Shown here in pieces: positions 10,140-19,648 of a stretch of 64,000 bases of DNA (within the stretch, counting starts at the first letter, position 1; every line of letters starts with the position of its first letter). The DNA is from Thermoanaerobaculia bacterium. GTDB taxonomy: Bacteria > Acidobacteriota > Thermoanaerobaculia > UBA5066. The position numbers were made by a program, and so were the translations under genes. The notes under the pieces are model-generated. The model saw nothing but the letters and a program-made list of their open reading frames with translations. It did not search any database and was not told where the DNA came from. The DNA lies in the NCBI GenBank assembly GCA_963816185.1, contig CAWFJJ010000021.1, positions 1 through 64,000 of the forward strand, written 5' to 3'.

Positions 10140-11063
10140 ATGGCTGAAAAGCACGCGCTGGCGGTTCTCATTCCCTGCCTGAATGAGGAGAAGGGAATCG
10201 GGTCCGTCGTGTCGGAGTACCGTCGCGAGTTTCCGGAGGCGCGCATTCTCGTCGTCGACAATGGATCGACGGACGGCACGGCGTGCGTGGCGCGCGAGGC
10301 GGGCGCAGAGGTGATCCGAGAGGCGATGCGCGGCAAGGCGAGAGCCGTGGTCACCGCCCTGAACCTGATCGACGAGGACCTCGTGCTGATGGTGGACGGC
10401 GACGGAACGTACCCGGCGGAGGGCGCGCGCCTCCTGTTTCCGCTGTGCGAGCAGGGGATGGACATGGTGACGGGCCTGAGGACTCCCGGAGGAGACCAGG
10501 CCGCCGCATTTCGCCGCTTCCATCGCGGCGGCTCGGCCCTGTTCCATGCGGCGATGCGCCTCGTGTTCGGCTACGCGCCGGGCGACCTGTTCTCGGGCCT
10601 GCGGCTTTTCTCGCGGCGTTTCTACAAGAACGTGCCGATCCTGTTCCGCGGTTTCGAGCTCGAGACGGAGCTCACGATTCAGGCCGTCGAGAAGGGCTTC
10701 CGTATCGCCGAGACGCCGGTGCCATTCCGCGAGCGGGCGGAGGGATCCGCGTCGAAGCTGCGGACCGTGCGCGACGGAATCCGGATCCTACGTCTGATCC
10801 TCGTGCTCTTCCGCGACTATCGTCCCTTCGAGTTTTTCGCGCTCGTCTCGGCGCTCTTCTTCGCGGCCGGACTCGCCGCTGGATTCCTGCCCGTGCGCGA
10901 GTATTTTCAGACGAACCTCGTCGGACGCTTCCCGCTCGCGATCCTCGCGGCGGCTTTGATGAACCTGTCGCTTTTTTCGCTCCTCACGGGCGTGACGCTG
11001 GAATCGGGGCTCCGGCACCGCCGGGAGGCGTGGCAGGTGCAGCTCCGCAACTTCCGGGGATGA
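10140..11063 (+). CDS. GT2 polyprenol-phosphate glycosyltransferase with two C-terminal TM helices (GtrB-like)
   Basis: AVLIPCLNEE, VVDNGSTD, MVDGDGTY, FSGLRLFSRRF, GFELETELT. Confidence 0.88.
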   Translation: MAEKHALAVLIPCLNEEKGIGSVVSEYRREFPEARILVVDNGSTDGTACVAREAGAEVIREAMRGKARAVVTALNLIDEDLVLMVDGDGTYPAEGARLLFPLCEQGMDMVTGLRTPGGDQAAAFRRFHRGGSALFHAAMRLVFGYAPGDLFSGLRLFSRRFYKNVPILFRGFELETELTIQAVEKGFRIAETPVPFRERAEGSASKLRTVRDGIRILRLILVLFRDYRPFEFFALVSALFFAAGLAAGFLPVREYFQTNLVGRFPLAILAAALMNLSLFSLLTGVTLESGLRHRREAWQVQLRNFRG

Positions 11064-12085
11064 GGCCGCAGTCCTCACCGGGGCCGCGTGGGGGCGTCGT
11101 TCACATCCTGTCGCAGTACCTTTGGCCGGACGACGCACCCACTGGAATCTACGCCGAGCAGGTGGCGGACGCACTCGCTCGCACCGGCGTCACGGTACGG
11201 CTCGTCGGTGGCACGGGCACGTACCGCCCCGGCGAGAGACCGCCCCCCGCGACGCCCATCGAACGCGTCGCGCACCGTGAAGGGAAGAGGGGTCATCTCC
11301 TCTCGACGGCGCTCGAATACGAAGCCGTGAGGCGGGCGTTCGCGTCGGAAATCGTGCGGTCCGTCTCGCCCGGGGACGTCGTGGTCGTGACGAGCGCTCC
11401 GCCGACTACGATCGGGCTCATCCGCCAGATCCGCGAGAAGGGCGCGCGCGGTGTCTACTGGCTCCAGGACTTCTATCCCGAGCTGATCCGCGGCGTCTTC
11501 GATTTTCCTCTCGCGCTTCGCCGGCGGTTCTCGGCGACGTGGCGGGCGCGGCTGGCGGAATGGGACCGTGTCGTGAAGGCCGCGGGGAACCTCGGCTACC
11601 ATGGCGAGAATGCGCGGGTCATCCGGAACTGGCCGACACTGGATCTCGGGGAGCCCCGTCCGTTTCGTCCAGGAACCGCGCTCTATTCCGGGAACCTCGG
11701 CTGGGGCCACCACTTGCCGAGCTTCCTCGCGCTCTGCGAGAAGCTGGCGCGCGAGGGATTCGAGATCAGCGTTCAGGGCGACGGCCCCGGCCTCATGCGC
11801 CTCCCGGGCTGGATTCGTACGGGGCCCGCGCTGAAGCGGCCAGGGGATCTCATCCGCACGTACTGGGACGCCGAGGTGCATCTCGTCGCGGGCCACCCGG
11901 CCATTCCCGAAGCCGTCTTCCCTTCCAAGTTCTGGAACGCCTGGGCGACGGGCCGCACGGTCCTCTTCTCGGGCCTGTCCGGCACGATGGAGGAGGAGAG
12001 GCTCGCCGCCGAGGCCGCGGATTACCGCCGCCACCTCCCCGACCTCACCGACTTCCTCAGCGGTCTGGCCCGGGGCAGCGCATGA
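11060..12085 (+). CDS. GT4-like glycosyltransferase (WcaI-like, shortened)
   Basis: LSQYLWPD, VTSAPP, YWLQDFYPE, LYSGNLG, FPSKF; ATGA overlap. Confidence 0.8.
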   Translation: MRPQSSPGPRGGVVHILSQYLWPDDAPTGIYAEQVADALARTGVTVRLVGGTGTYRPGERPPPATPIERVAHREGKRGHLLSTALEYEAVRRAFASEIVRSVSPGDVVVVTSAPPTTIGLIRQIREKGARGVYWLQDFYPELIRGVFDFPLALRRRFSATWRARLAEWDRVVKAAGNLGYHGENARVIRNWPTLDLGEPRPFRPGTALYSGNLGWGHHLPSFLALCEKLAREGFEISVQGDGPGLMRLPGWIRTGPALKRPGDLIRTYWDAEVHLVAGHPAIPEAVFPSKFWNAWATGRTVLFSGLSGTMEEERLAAEAADYRRHLPDLTDFLSGLARGSA

Positions 12086-12822
12086 CGAAACCGTCGACCT
12101 CGGAACGCGGGGCGCGCACGCGCCGCCAGCTCGCGTTCTATCGGCTGGGTCTCACCCTTCTCGGAGCGACGTTCCGGGTCGGGCCGCTCGCCTCGATCCT
12201 GGCCCGTGCCTCGAAAGTCTTCCTCCGCCACGCGAGGGTCCGGCACTTCCTGCGCACGGGCGGTTTCGACTCGATCGTGGACGGCGGCGCGGCTGTCGGA
12301 GAGTTCGCATTCGCTGCGCGCGGCACGTGTCCGAACGTCCCCCTCGTCTGCGTCGAGCCTCACCCGCCCTCGGCCGCGATCCTGCGCCGGAACGGCTTTC
12401 GCGTCGTCGAGGCCGCTCTTTGGGAGGCGCCTGGACGTCTCAGGCTGACGCAGCCTACCGACGCGACGACGTCGTGCAGCGTCGTGCTCGAGTCCGCCCC
12501 CGGTCGGCCCTCGTGGGAGGTGGACACGGTCCGCCTCGATGCGATCGGCGTAACGGGCGAACGGATCCTCGTAAAGCTGGACCTGCAAGGTGCCGAGGCC
12601 GAGGCGCTCGTAGGGATGGGATCGCTCTGGCCGCGCTGCACAGCCGTCCTCCTCGAAGTGAGCTACGGCGCGTCCGGCTCCTACGAGCCGCTCCGCGCCC
12701 TCCTCGCCGCACACGGCTTCGCGGAGGCGGCGACGTTGAACGAGCTCGAAGAAGACGGACTTCCGATCGAGGCCGACAAGCTCTTCGTCCGGCTCGTCAC
12801 CGGTGCTCCGTCTCCGTCATGA
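12082..12822 (+). CDS. FkbM family methyltransferase
   Basis: IVDGGAAVGEF, CVEP, VRLD, LVKLDLQGAE, LLEV. Confidence 0.85.
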   Translation: MTKPSTSERGARTRRQLAFYRLGLTLLGATFRVGPLASILARASKVFLRHARVRHFLRTGGFDSIVDGGAAVGEFAFAARGTCPNVPLVCVEPHPPSAAILRRNGFRVVEAALWEAPGRLRLTQPTDATTSCSVVLESAPGRPSWEVDTVRLDAIGVTGERILVKLDLQGAEAEALVGMGSLWPRCTAVLLEVSYGASGSYEPLRALLAAHGFAEAATLNELEEDGLPIEADKLFVRLVTGAPSPS

Positions 12823-13843
12823 CCCGCAGCAGGTCGACGACTTCGTCCAATGCGATCGCCTTCATGCAGCTGGTCTCCGGCTGCACGCAACGTATTTGTA
12901 AACATGGCCTGCATGCGTAGCCATCCCGCTGGATGACGGCATGGCCGCGCCCCCACGGTTTCCACAGCGCGGCAATTTGAGGACCGAACAGCGAGAGCAC
13001 CGGGAGGCCGTGGGCGGCTGCGTAGTGTCCCACGAAGGAATCGACGGCGATCACGGCAGTCGTTCCCCGGAGTCGAGACGAGAGGTCCTGGACGGAACCC
13101 GCGATGATTCCGTCGAACTCCGATGAGATGTCGAAACGTCCCCACTGCAGGTGGTGGACCACCAACTCCGTCTTCCATCCCCTGGACCTGAGCTCTCGAC
13201 TCAGCAGGATCCACCGTTCCTGGGGCCACTCTCGCAAGGCTGCTCCCGCCTCCGGTGCGAGGATCACGCGCCGGCTGTTTTCACCTGAAGCACCCGTGCC
13301 GTTCGCCCAAGGCCAGCGGAGTGTCGCGCGCTCGTCGATTCCGAGTTCCCGGCACGTCGCCTCGAGGTACTTCTGACGGTCCTCGAGGACGTGCCGGTTC
13401 GATTGTCCGAGCATCCTCCCCAGGCTCCTAGGCGCCGAGCCGTCCGCGACGACGTTCCGGATCCCGAGCCGGCGCAGGAGAAGCTTGTGGCGGATGTCGC
13501 CGCGGGGATCCAGGCCAATCCACGGGCCGCTCATCGGCGTCAGCCCGCGCCGGGAGTGGAGGATCGCCCGCGCCGACCGAAGTGGATGCTTCCACCAGTC
13601 GACGCGGACCCAGGGCCATTCCCCCACGACGACCTCGACCGCCAGGTCCTCCGGGAACGCGAACGCCCGCCCCGCCTCGCCCGTCACGAGACGGATCCGC
13701 GCGCGCGGCGCAACCGCCCGGAGGCCGTAGAGAAAGGCCGTCAGATAGACCAGGTCGCCGAGTGCGAATGTCTCCACCACACAGAACTGCAGCGCCTTGC
13801 CGTCCGCGCGAGATTGGTTTTGTTGCTCCGTTAGGGCGGTCAT
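12797..13843 (-). CDS. GT9 family (heptosyltransferase-like) glycosyltransferase
   Basis: ALGDLV, REWP, AVDSFVGHYAAA, LSLFGP, WKPW, CRPC..C..C. Confidence 0.88.
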   Translation of the reverse strand: MTALTEQQNQSRADGKALQFCVVETFALGDLVYLTAFLYGLRAVAPRARIRLVTGEAGRAFAFPEDLAVEVVVGEWPWVRVDWWKHPLRSARAILHSRRGLTPMSGPWIGLDPRGDIRHKLLLRRLGIRNVVADGSAPRSLGRMLGQSNRHVLEDRQKYLEATCRELGIDERATLRWPWANGTGASGENSRRVILAPEAGAALREWPQERWILLSRELRSRGWKTELVVHHLQWGRFDISSEFDGIIAGSVQDLSSRLRGTTAVIAVDSFVGHYAAAHGLPVLSLFGPQIAALWKPWGRGHAVIQRDGYACRPCLQIRCVQPETSCMKAIALDEVVDLLRVMTETEHR

Positions 13844-13873
13844 CGGTGTCGATTCTCAGTCAAGTCAAGCCCC

Positions 13874-14761
13874 TCAAATGGACCTCTGGCCCCATCCGGG
13901 CCTGACCGCGACGAAGGTATACGGGCGGCCGGGCGCCTTGTAGAGAAGGTCGAGGACCGAAAGGGTCCAATCCGGCACCCGCGCACCCGCGGGGAGGAAC
14001 AGCTTTTCCGCAACGAGAGCGCGCAGACTGGCACGCGTGTGCGGGAAAAGATTGATCTCGGAGCTGATCGTGCTGAGGATATTTGTGACTTCGAGTCCTC
14101 CGGCCTCGAGGAAGTCCTTGTAGGCGCGGACCGAATACGCGTACTCGCCTCCGCTCATGAAGTGAGTGGAGTGGCGTTTCAGGAAACGCTTCAAATCTCC
14201 GGGAAACGTCACGACGTGCTCGCGGGAGAGGACGAGGAGCCCGCCGGGTCGGAGGACGCGGGCCGCCTCGCGGCAGAACGCCTCCGGATTCACCATGTGG
14301 TGGAGCACCTGGCGCCCATAAACCAGGTCGAAAGCGTCCGCCCGGAAGGGAAGCGCTTCTCCGACCGCCCGGTGGATCCGGATCACGGCACCGGCCCGAT
14401 GGCTCAAGTCCCGAATCGCGTGGGCTCCGACGATCCGACTCGGGTCCGGTTCGACCGCGTCCACGGCCCATCCGTCCGCCGCCAGCGCCCAGGCGACGAT
14501 TCCCCGGCCGCTTCCGATATCGAGGGCGCGCCCGCGGGCCGGCGGCAGGAGGCGGCGCGCCGCCCGCCACTCCGAGCTCTCGCGGAACCGGGCCGCCGCG
14601 TCCTCGATGGGATCGTCGAAGTAGCTGTCGCTCGAGAGCCGGGCGTTTTGCGGCTGGCTTCGGAACCAGAGGAACGTCTCCTCCCACGTTCGCGGAGCGG
14701 CTGGTTCGAGCGAACGGTCTCGGACCCTCGGCGAGTCCCTCGGGCGCAGCCTCCAGACCAT
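13874..14761 (-). CDS. Class I SAM-dependent methyltransferase
   Basis: ALDIGSGRG, GEALPFRADAFDLVY, VLHH, RVLRPGG. Confidence 0.88.
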   Translation of the reverse strand: MVWRLRPRDSPRVRDRSLEPAAPRTWEETFLWFRSQPQNARLSSDSYFDDPIEDAAARFRESSEWRAARRLLPPARGRALDIGSGRGIVAWALAADGWAVDAVEPDPSRIVGAHAIRDLSHRAGAVIRIHRAVGEALPFRADAFDLVYGRQVLHHMVNPEAFCREAARVLRPGGLLVLSREHVVTFPGDLKRFLKRHSTHFMSGGEYAYSVRAYKDFLEAGGLEVTNILSTISSEINLFPHTRASLRALVAEKLFLPAGARVPDWTLSVLDLLYKAPGRPYTFVAVRPGWGQRSI

Positions 14762-14911
14762 GAGAAGACAGAATGATAGCGCCCGGTCGGTTCGTCATCG
14801 GGAACCGCGGCGTCACGCCGGTCCGGCTGCGCCCCCCGCATCGCACGTCCCTCCCGTACGCCGTGGCAAGATGACGCCGGCTCGCGGATGGCGGGCGGGA
14901 GGAGGAGAGCG

Positions 14912-15313
14912 GTGAAGTCATACGGCGACGCGTTCTCTCGTTACGGCCCTCACGTGTTGCTCCTCGTGGTGGCCGCAGCGATGAGCTGCGCGAACCAGTT
15001 GTTTCTGAAGGCCGGGGTCTCGCAGGGCGGTCCAATCGCCATCAGCTTCCATGGGCTTGTGGTTCTCATCCGCCGCATCTTCACGACCCCCTTGATCCTG
15101 ACGGGTTACGTGCTCGGCGGATTGACGAACCTCGTGTGGCTGACGGCCCTCTCACGGTTCGAGATCAGTTTCGCGGCGCCCGTCATGGCGGGGCTGTCTT
15201 TCGTCCTCCTCCTCGCCGCGTCCGCTCTCGTTCTCGGCGAGACGGTCGGCTCGAATCGATGGGTCGGAACGTTCCTGATCGTCGCCGGCATGCTCCTCGT
15301 CGGGCGGAAATAG
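14912..15313 (+). CDS. EamA/SMR-family 4-TM protein (ArnE/ArnF-like flippase candidate)
   Basis: NQLFLKAG, WLTALSRFEISFAAP, LVLGETV..RWVG; GGAGGAG before GTG 14912. Confidence 0.8.
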   Translation: MKSYGDAFSRYGPHVLLLVVAAAMSCANQLFLKAGVSQGGPIAISFHGLVVLIRRIFTTPLILTGYVLGGLTNLVWLTALSRFEISFAAPVMAGLSFVLLLAASALVLGETVGSNRWVGTFLIVAGMLLVGRK

Positions 15314-15320
15314 ACTCTTC

Positions 15321-16469
15321 ATGACGCGCGTGACCGTTCTCGGAGCCGGCCTCGTCGGCTCCCTCATCGCCAAGACGCTCGCCGACGACGGGCGATTCGA
15401 AATCCTCGTCTGCGATCGCTCGGAGGATGCCCTCGGCTTTTTCGCGGGCCGGCCCCGGGTCGCGACCGCGCGCCTCGATCTCGCGAGCTCGGCTGCGGTC
15501 GCGGCGGCCGTCGCTTCCGCGGATGTCGTCGTCGGCGCGGTGCCCGGGTTCCTCGGGCACGCGATGCTCAGGACCGTGATCGAGGCCGGCAAGCCGGTCT
15601 CGGACATCTCCTTCGCGCCCGAAGACCCGTTCGAGCTGGACGGCCTCGCGAAGGAGAAAGGCGTTCCCGCGGTCGTGGACTGCGGAGTCTCGCCGGGCCT
15701 GTCGAACCTCGCGTGCGGGCGAGCGGCCGGGCGGCTCGACGCGGTCGACTCGATCGTGATCTCCGTCGGGGGTCTCCCGTTCCGGCGCGTGCCGCCGTGG
15801 GAGTACCGCATCGTGTTCTCCGCGACGGACGTCATCGAGGAGTACACGCGCCCGGCGCGCCTCGTCGAGGACGGGCGCATCGTCACGAAGCCGGCCTTGT
15901 CGGAGGTGACCCGCTTCGAGCTGCCGGGTATCGGAACGCTCGAGGCATTCCTGACGGACGGCCTCCGCACCGTGCTTTCGACGGTGAAGGCGCGGAATCT
16001 GCGCGAGCAGACGCTACGTTGGCCGGGACACGCCGAGAAGATGCGCCTCCTGCGCGACGGCGGCTTTCTTCGGGACGAGCCCGTCGAAGCGGGCGGCACG
16101 CGCGTGGCGCCGCGCGCGGTCGCCGAGGCGCTCCTCTTCGCCCAGTGGAAGAGGCCCGAGGGGGAAGAGGAGTTCACCGTCCTCCGGGTGGAGTCGCGCG
16201 GCTCTCGCGCCGGCCGGCCGGTCCGCCTCGTCCACGATCTCTTCGACCGCACCGACGTGAGGACGGGCGCGACGTCGATGGCGCGCACGACGGGCTTTCC
16301 GTGCGTCATCGCGGCGGAGCTCCTCGCGTCGGGCTCCCTCCGCGATCCCGGCGTGCTTCCCCTGGAGCTTCTCGGCAACCGGCCCGGGCTTTTCAAGGCC
16401 TTCGTGGACGGGCTCGCCGCCCGGGGAGTCGCGTTCAAGGAGACCGAGGAGGATCCGTGGCCGCGATAA
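15321..16469 (+). CDS. Saccharopine dehydrogenase / lysine 6-dehydrogenase family protein
   Basis: GAGLVG Rossmann motif, DCGVSPGLSN, VGGLP, DVIEEYTRPAR, EAFLTDGLRT, SMARTTG. Confidence 0.9.
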   Translation: MTRVTVLGAGLVGSLIAKTLADDGRFEILVCDRSEDALGFFAGRPRVATARLDLASSAAVAAAVASADVVVGAVPGFLGHAMLRTVIEAGKPVSDISFAPEDPFELDGLAKEKGVPAVVDCGVSPGLSNLACGRAAGRLDAVDSIVISVGGLPFRRVPPWEYRIVFSATDVIEEYTRPARLVEDGRIVTKPALSEVTRFELPGIGTLEAFLTDGLRTVLSTVKARNLREQTLRWPGHAEKMRLLRDGGFLRDEPVEAGGTRVAPRAVAEALLFAQWKRPEGEEEFTVLRVESRGSRAGRPVRLVHDLFDRTDVRTGATSMARTTGFPCVIAAELLASGSLRDPGVLPLELLGNRPGLFKAFVDGLAARGVAFKETEEDPWPR

Positions 16470-18412
16470 AGAACCCGATGGGGCGCATGCCGGGCGGCGA
16501 GCGATCGCACGGGCGGATCCGCGAAGAGCGGCCGAAGCTCCCGAAATCCGAGCGCCTGCGGGCGCTCCTGCCCGACATCAAGGCGCTCGTCGCTCCCCGC
16601 AAGGGCATCCTCGCGCTCGGCTTCGTCCTGATGGCGATCAACCGCGTGTCGGGGCTCGTCCTGCCCGCCTCGACGAAGTGGCTGATCGACGACGTGATCG
16701 GGAAGAAGCGCATGGACCTGCTCCTGCCGCTCCTCGGCGCCGTGCTCGCGGCGACGCTCGTCCAGGGCGTCACGTCGTTCTCGCTCACACAGCTCCTCTC
16801 GAAGGCTGCCCAGCGGCTCATCGCCGAGCTTCGGCGGAAGGTGCAGGCGCACATCGGGCGGCTGCCCGTGACCTTCTACGACGCGAACAAGGCCGGGGCG
16901 CTCGTGTCGCGCATCATGTCGGACGTCGAGGGCGTGCGGAACCTCATCGGCACGGGCCTCGTCGAGTTCGCCGGCGGCCTCCTGACGGCGGCCATCGCGC
17001 TCGTCGTCCTCTTCAAGATCTCGACGACGATGACGCTGCTCGCGTTCACGTTCCTCGTGGGCTTCGGCGTCGTCCTGAATCGGGCTTTCGGCACGATCCG
17101 TCCCATCTTCCGCGAGCGGGGAAAGATCAACGCCGAGGTCACGGGCCGCCTCATGGAGTCGCTGGGCGGCGTACGTGTCGTCAAGGGCTACCACGCCGAG
17201 ACGCGGGAGGAGAACGTCTTCGCGGCGGGCGTGAAGCGCTTGCTCGACAACGTGCTGAAGACGCTGACGTCCACGAGCATCATGAGCCTTTCCTCGACCG
17301 TCATGCTGGGGGTCGTGGGCGCGGTCGTCATGTACGTCGGGGCGCGCCAGATTCTCGCCGGGACGCTCACGCTGGGCGGATTCTTCACGTACACGATCTT
17401 CATGGGCTTCCTCGTGGCGCCCATCTTCCAGATCGTCGCCATCGGGACCCAGCTCACGGAGGCCCTCGCGGGGCTGGAGAGGACTCGCGAGATCCTTTCG
17501 GAGAGGCCCGAGGACGCCGATCCGCGCCGGACGGTCGCGCTTCCCGAGATCACGGGCGACGTGGTCTTCCAGGACGTGAGGTTCTCTTACGAAGAGGGGA
17601 AGGAGGTGCTCCACGGAGTCTCCTTCCAGTCGCTGCCGGGAACGGTGACCGCGCTCGTCGGGCCCTCGGGCTCGGGCAAGAGCACGATCATTGGGCTCGT
17701 GGCCGCATTCCACGTTCCGACGAGCGGCGTCGTGCGCGTGGACGGCGTGGACCTCTCGACGGTGCGGCTCGACTCCTACCGGACTGCGCTCGGCGTCGTC
17801 CTGCAGGAGACCTTCCTCTTCGACGGCACGATCCGCGAGAATGTCGCGTTCTCGCGCCCCGAAGCCCCGGAAGAGGAGATCCTGAGAGCGTGCCGGATCG
17901 CGCGCGTGGACGAGTTCGCCGAGTCGTTCGAGAAGAAATACGACACGATCGTCGGCGAGCGGGGCGTGAAACTCTCGGGCGGGCAGCGCCAGCGCGTGTC
18001 GATCGCGCGCGCGATCCTTGCGGACCCGCGAATTCTCATCCTCGACGAGGCGACGTCGAGCCTCGACTCCGAGTCCGAGGCGCTCATCCAGGAAGGGCTG
18101 TCGTTCCTCATGAAGGGGCGCACGACGTTCGTCATCGCGCACCGACTCTCCACGATCCGGCGGTCAGACCAGATCCTCGTCGTCGAGGGCGGCCTCATCG
18201 TGGAGCGCGGCACCCACGCGCTGCTCTACGCGGCCCGCGGCCGGTATTACGAGATGTACACGAAGCAGCACGGCGTCGAGACCAACTTGTTTCTCGCGCC
18301 GGGCGAGGGCGACGAGAAGCCGCGGCCGGAGCCCGAGGAAAAAGCCGAGAACGGCAGCGGCCCGCCGGCGCTCCAGGAGGCGGTCAACCTCATTCGCCGG
18401 CCGAGCGGATAA
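16457..18412 (+). CDS. ABC exporter, fused permease/ATPase (MsbA/Sav1866 type)
   Basis: TM domain then [30 protein letters not shown]; GAGGAGG before GTG. Confidence 0.93.
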   Translation: MAAIKNPMGRMPGGERSHGRIREERPKLPKSERLRALLPDIKALVAPRKGILALGFVLMAINRVSGLVLPASTKWLIDDVIGKKRMDLLLPLLGAVLAATLVQGVTSFSLTQLLSKAAQRLIAELRRKVQAHIGRLPVTFYDANKAGALVSRIMSDVEGVRNLIGTGLVEFAGGLLTAAIALVVLFKISTTMTLLAFTFLVGFGVVLNRAFGTIRPIFRERGKINAEVTGRLMESLGGVRVVKGYHAETREENVFAAGVKRLLDNVLKTLTSTSIMSLSSTVMLGVVGAVVMYVGARQILAGTLTLGGFFTYTIFMGFLVAPIFQIVAIGTQLTEALAGLERTREILSERPEDADPRRTVALPEITGDVVFQDVRFSYEEGKEVLHGVSFQSLPGTVTALVGPSGSGKSTIIGLVAAFHVPTSGVVRVDGVDLSTVRLDSYRTALGVVLQETFLFDGTIRENVAFSRPEAPEEEILRACRIARVDEFAESFEKKYDTIVGERGVKLSGGQRQRVSIARAILADPRILILDEATSSLDSESEALIQEGLSFLMKGRTTFVIAHRLSTIRRSDQILVVEGGLIVERGTHALLYAARGRYYEMYTKQHGVETNLFLAPGEGDEKPRPEPEEKAENGSGPPALQEAVNLIRRPSG

Positions 18413-18462
18413 GGGAGGCCCGCCACCGCCATGCGCGGCACGTGTCTATCGCCTCGTTCGCA

Positions 18463-18640
18463 CCCGGGGCCCCCTCTCCTTCGCGCGTGAACTCGCTTCG
18501 CTCAGACAGCACGCGCGTGCGTCGAGGAGGTCCCGGGCCGCTCCTCGGCGCGAGCGCTCCGGCCGGGCGAGATCGCCGGCTCCGAAATTCCGCCCCTCCT
18601 TCCCCTCTTCCTTTTCTAAGAAATCCCTCGGTCCCCCTCC
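18463..18640. repeat. Intergenic REP-like imperfect hairpin followed by a copy of the TTCTWAGAA motif
   Basis: CCCGGG..CGCGCGTG-AACTCGCTTCGCTCAGACAG-CACGCGCG..CCCGGG, then CTCTTCCTTTTCTAAGAAATCCCTC. Confidence 0.6.
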
Positions 18641-18711
18641 TCGTCTGATTCGTCTGGATCATGCCGAAGCGCCTCCCGGCAGCCTAGCTTTGGGTGCAAG
18701 GGAGAATTTCC

Positions 18712-19638
18712 ATGAAAATTCTGATTGCCGACGCCTTCGACGAGTCCCTTCCCGGCCGCCTCGCCCCGCTCGGCGAGGTGTTCACCGACCCCGCACATCT
18801 CAAGGACGCCGATGTCGTGCTCGTCCGCTCGAAGACGAAGGTGACGAACGAGTTCCTGAAGGGGGCGCCGAACCTGAAGCTCGTGATCCGGGGCGGCGTC
18901 GGCCTCGACAACGTCGACATCCAGGCCTGCCGCGAGCGCGGGATCGACGTGAAGAACACGCCCCGCGCGTCCTCGGTCGCCGTGGCGGAGCTCACGATGG
19001 CGCTCATGCTCGCCGTCCCGAACCGCCTCGTCGAGGGGCACACCGGCCTCAAGCAGGGACGCTTTCTCAAGAAAGAGCTCAAGCGCACCGAGCTCTTCGG
19101 AAAGACGCTCGGCCTCGTCGGCGCCGGCCTGATCGGCACGGAGGTCGCGCGGCGGGCCCAGGCGTTCGGGATGAAGGTCATCGCCTACGATCCGCAGATC
19201 GCGAATCACGCGCTCGCCACTCTCGTGGACGACCTCGACGAGCTCTTCCTGCGTGCCGACTTCATCAGCCTCCACGTCCCGGCCACGGCCGAGACCCGCG
19301 GCCTCGTGAACGAGCACACGCTCGCGAAGATGAAGGACGGCGTCGTGATCGTGAACACCGCCCGCGGCTCGATCGTCGTGGAGCCCGAGCTCGCGGCCGC
19401 GCTCGCGTCGGGGAAGGTGCGCGCTTACGCGACGGACGTCTTCCTGAGCGATCCGCCCGACCCGAACAGCCCGCTCCTGTCCGCGCCGAACGTCCTCATG
19501 ACGCCGCACCTCGGCGGCTCCAGCCGCGAGAACCTCCTGAGGATCGGCGACAGCGTCGTCGAGCTCCTCGGGAAACGACAGAAGGCGCTCGCTTTAGCGG
19601 CAAAGGAGAAGGAGACCGCGCCGGTCGCCGCGCGGTAG
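18712..19638 (+). CDS. D-2-hydroxyacid dehydrogenase, SerA-like (no ACT domain)
   Basis: RGGVGLDNVD, VAELT, GKTLGLVGAGLIG, NTARG, DVF, TPHLGGS. Confidence 0.9.
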   Translation: MKILIADAFDESLPGRLAPLGEVFTDPAHLKDADVVLVRSKTKVTNEFLKGAPNLKLVIRGGVGLDNVDIQACRERGIDVKNTPRASSVAVAELTMALMLAVPNRLVEGHTGLKQGRFLKKELKRTELFGKTLGLVGAGLIGTEVARRAQAFGMKVIAYDPQIANHALATLVDDLDELFLRADFISLHVPATAETRGLVNEHTLAKMKDGVVIVNTARGSIVVEPELAAALASGKVRAYATDVFLSDPPDPNSPLLSAPNVLMTPHLGGSSRENLLRIGDSVVELLGKRQKALALAAKEKETAPVAAR

Positions 19639-19648
19639 AGGCTTGCCG

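Noticed and set aside
9923-15321. Prophage or ICE interpretation of the duplicated gene start
   Set aside because: No integrase, transposase, phage or conjugation gene in or near the block.
15152-18142. 996-aa minus-strand ORF
   Set aside because: Antisense shadow of the saccharopine dehydrogenase and ABC exporter genes; no motifs; typical of high-GC DNA.
18614-18622. Resemblance of TTCTNAGAA to eukaryotic STAT or heat-shock elements, or to a CTNAG restriction site
   Set aside because: Bacterial context; the extended asymmetric flanks are not explained by a 5-bp R-M site.
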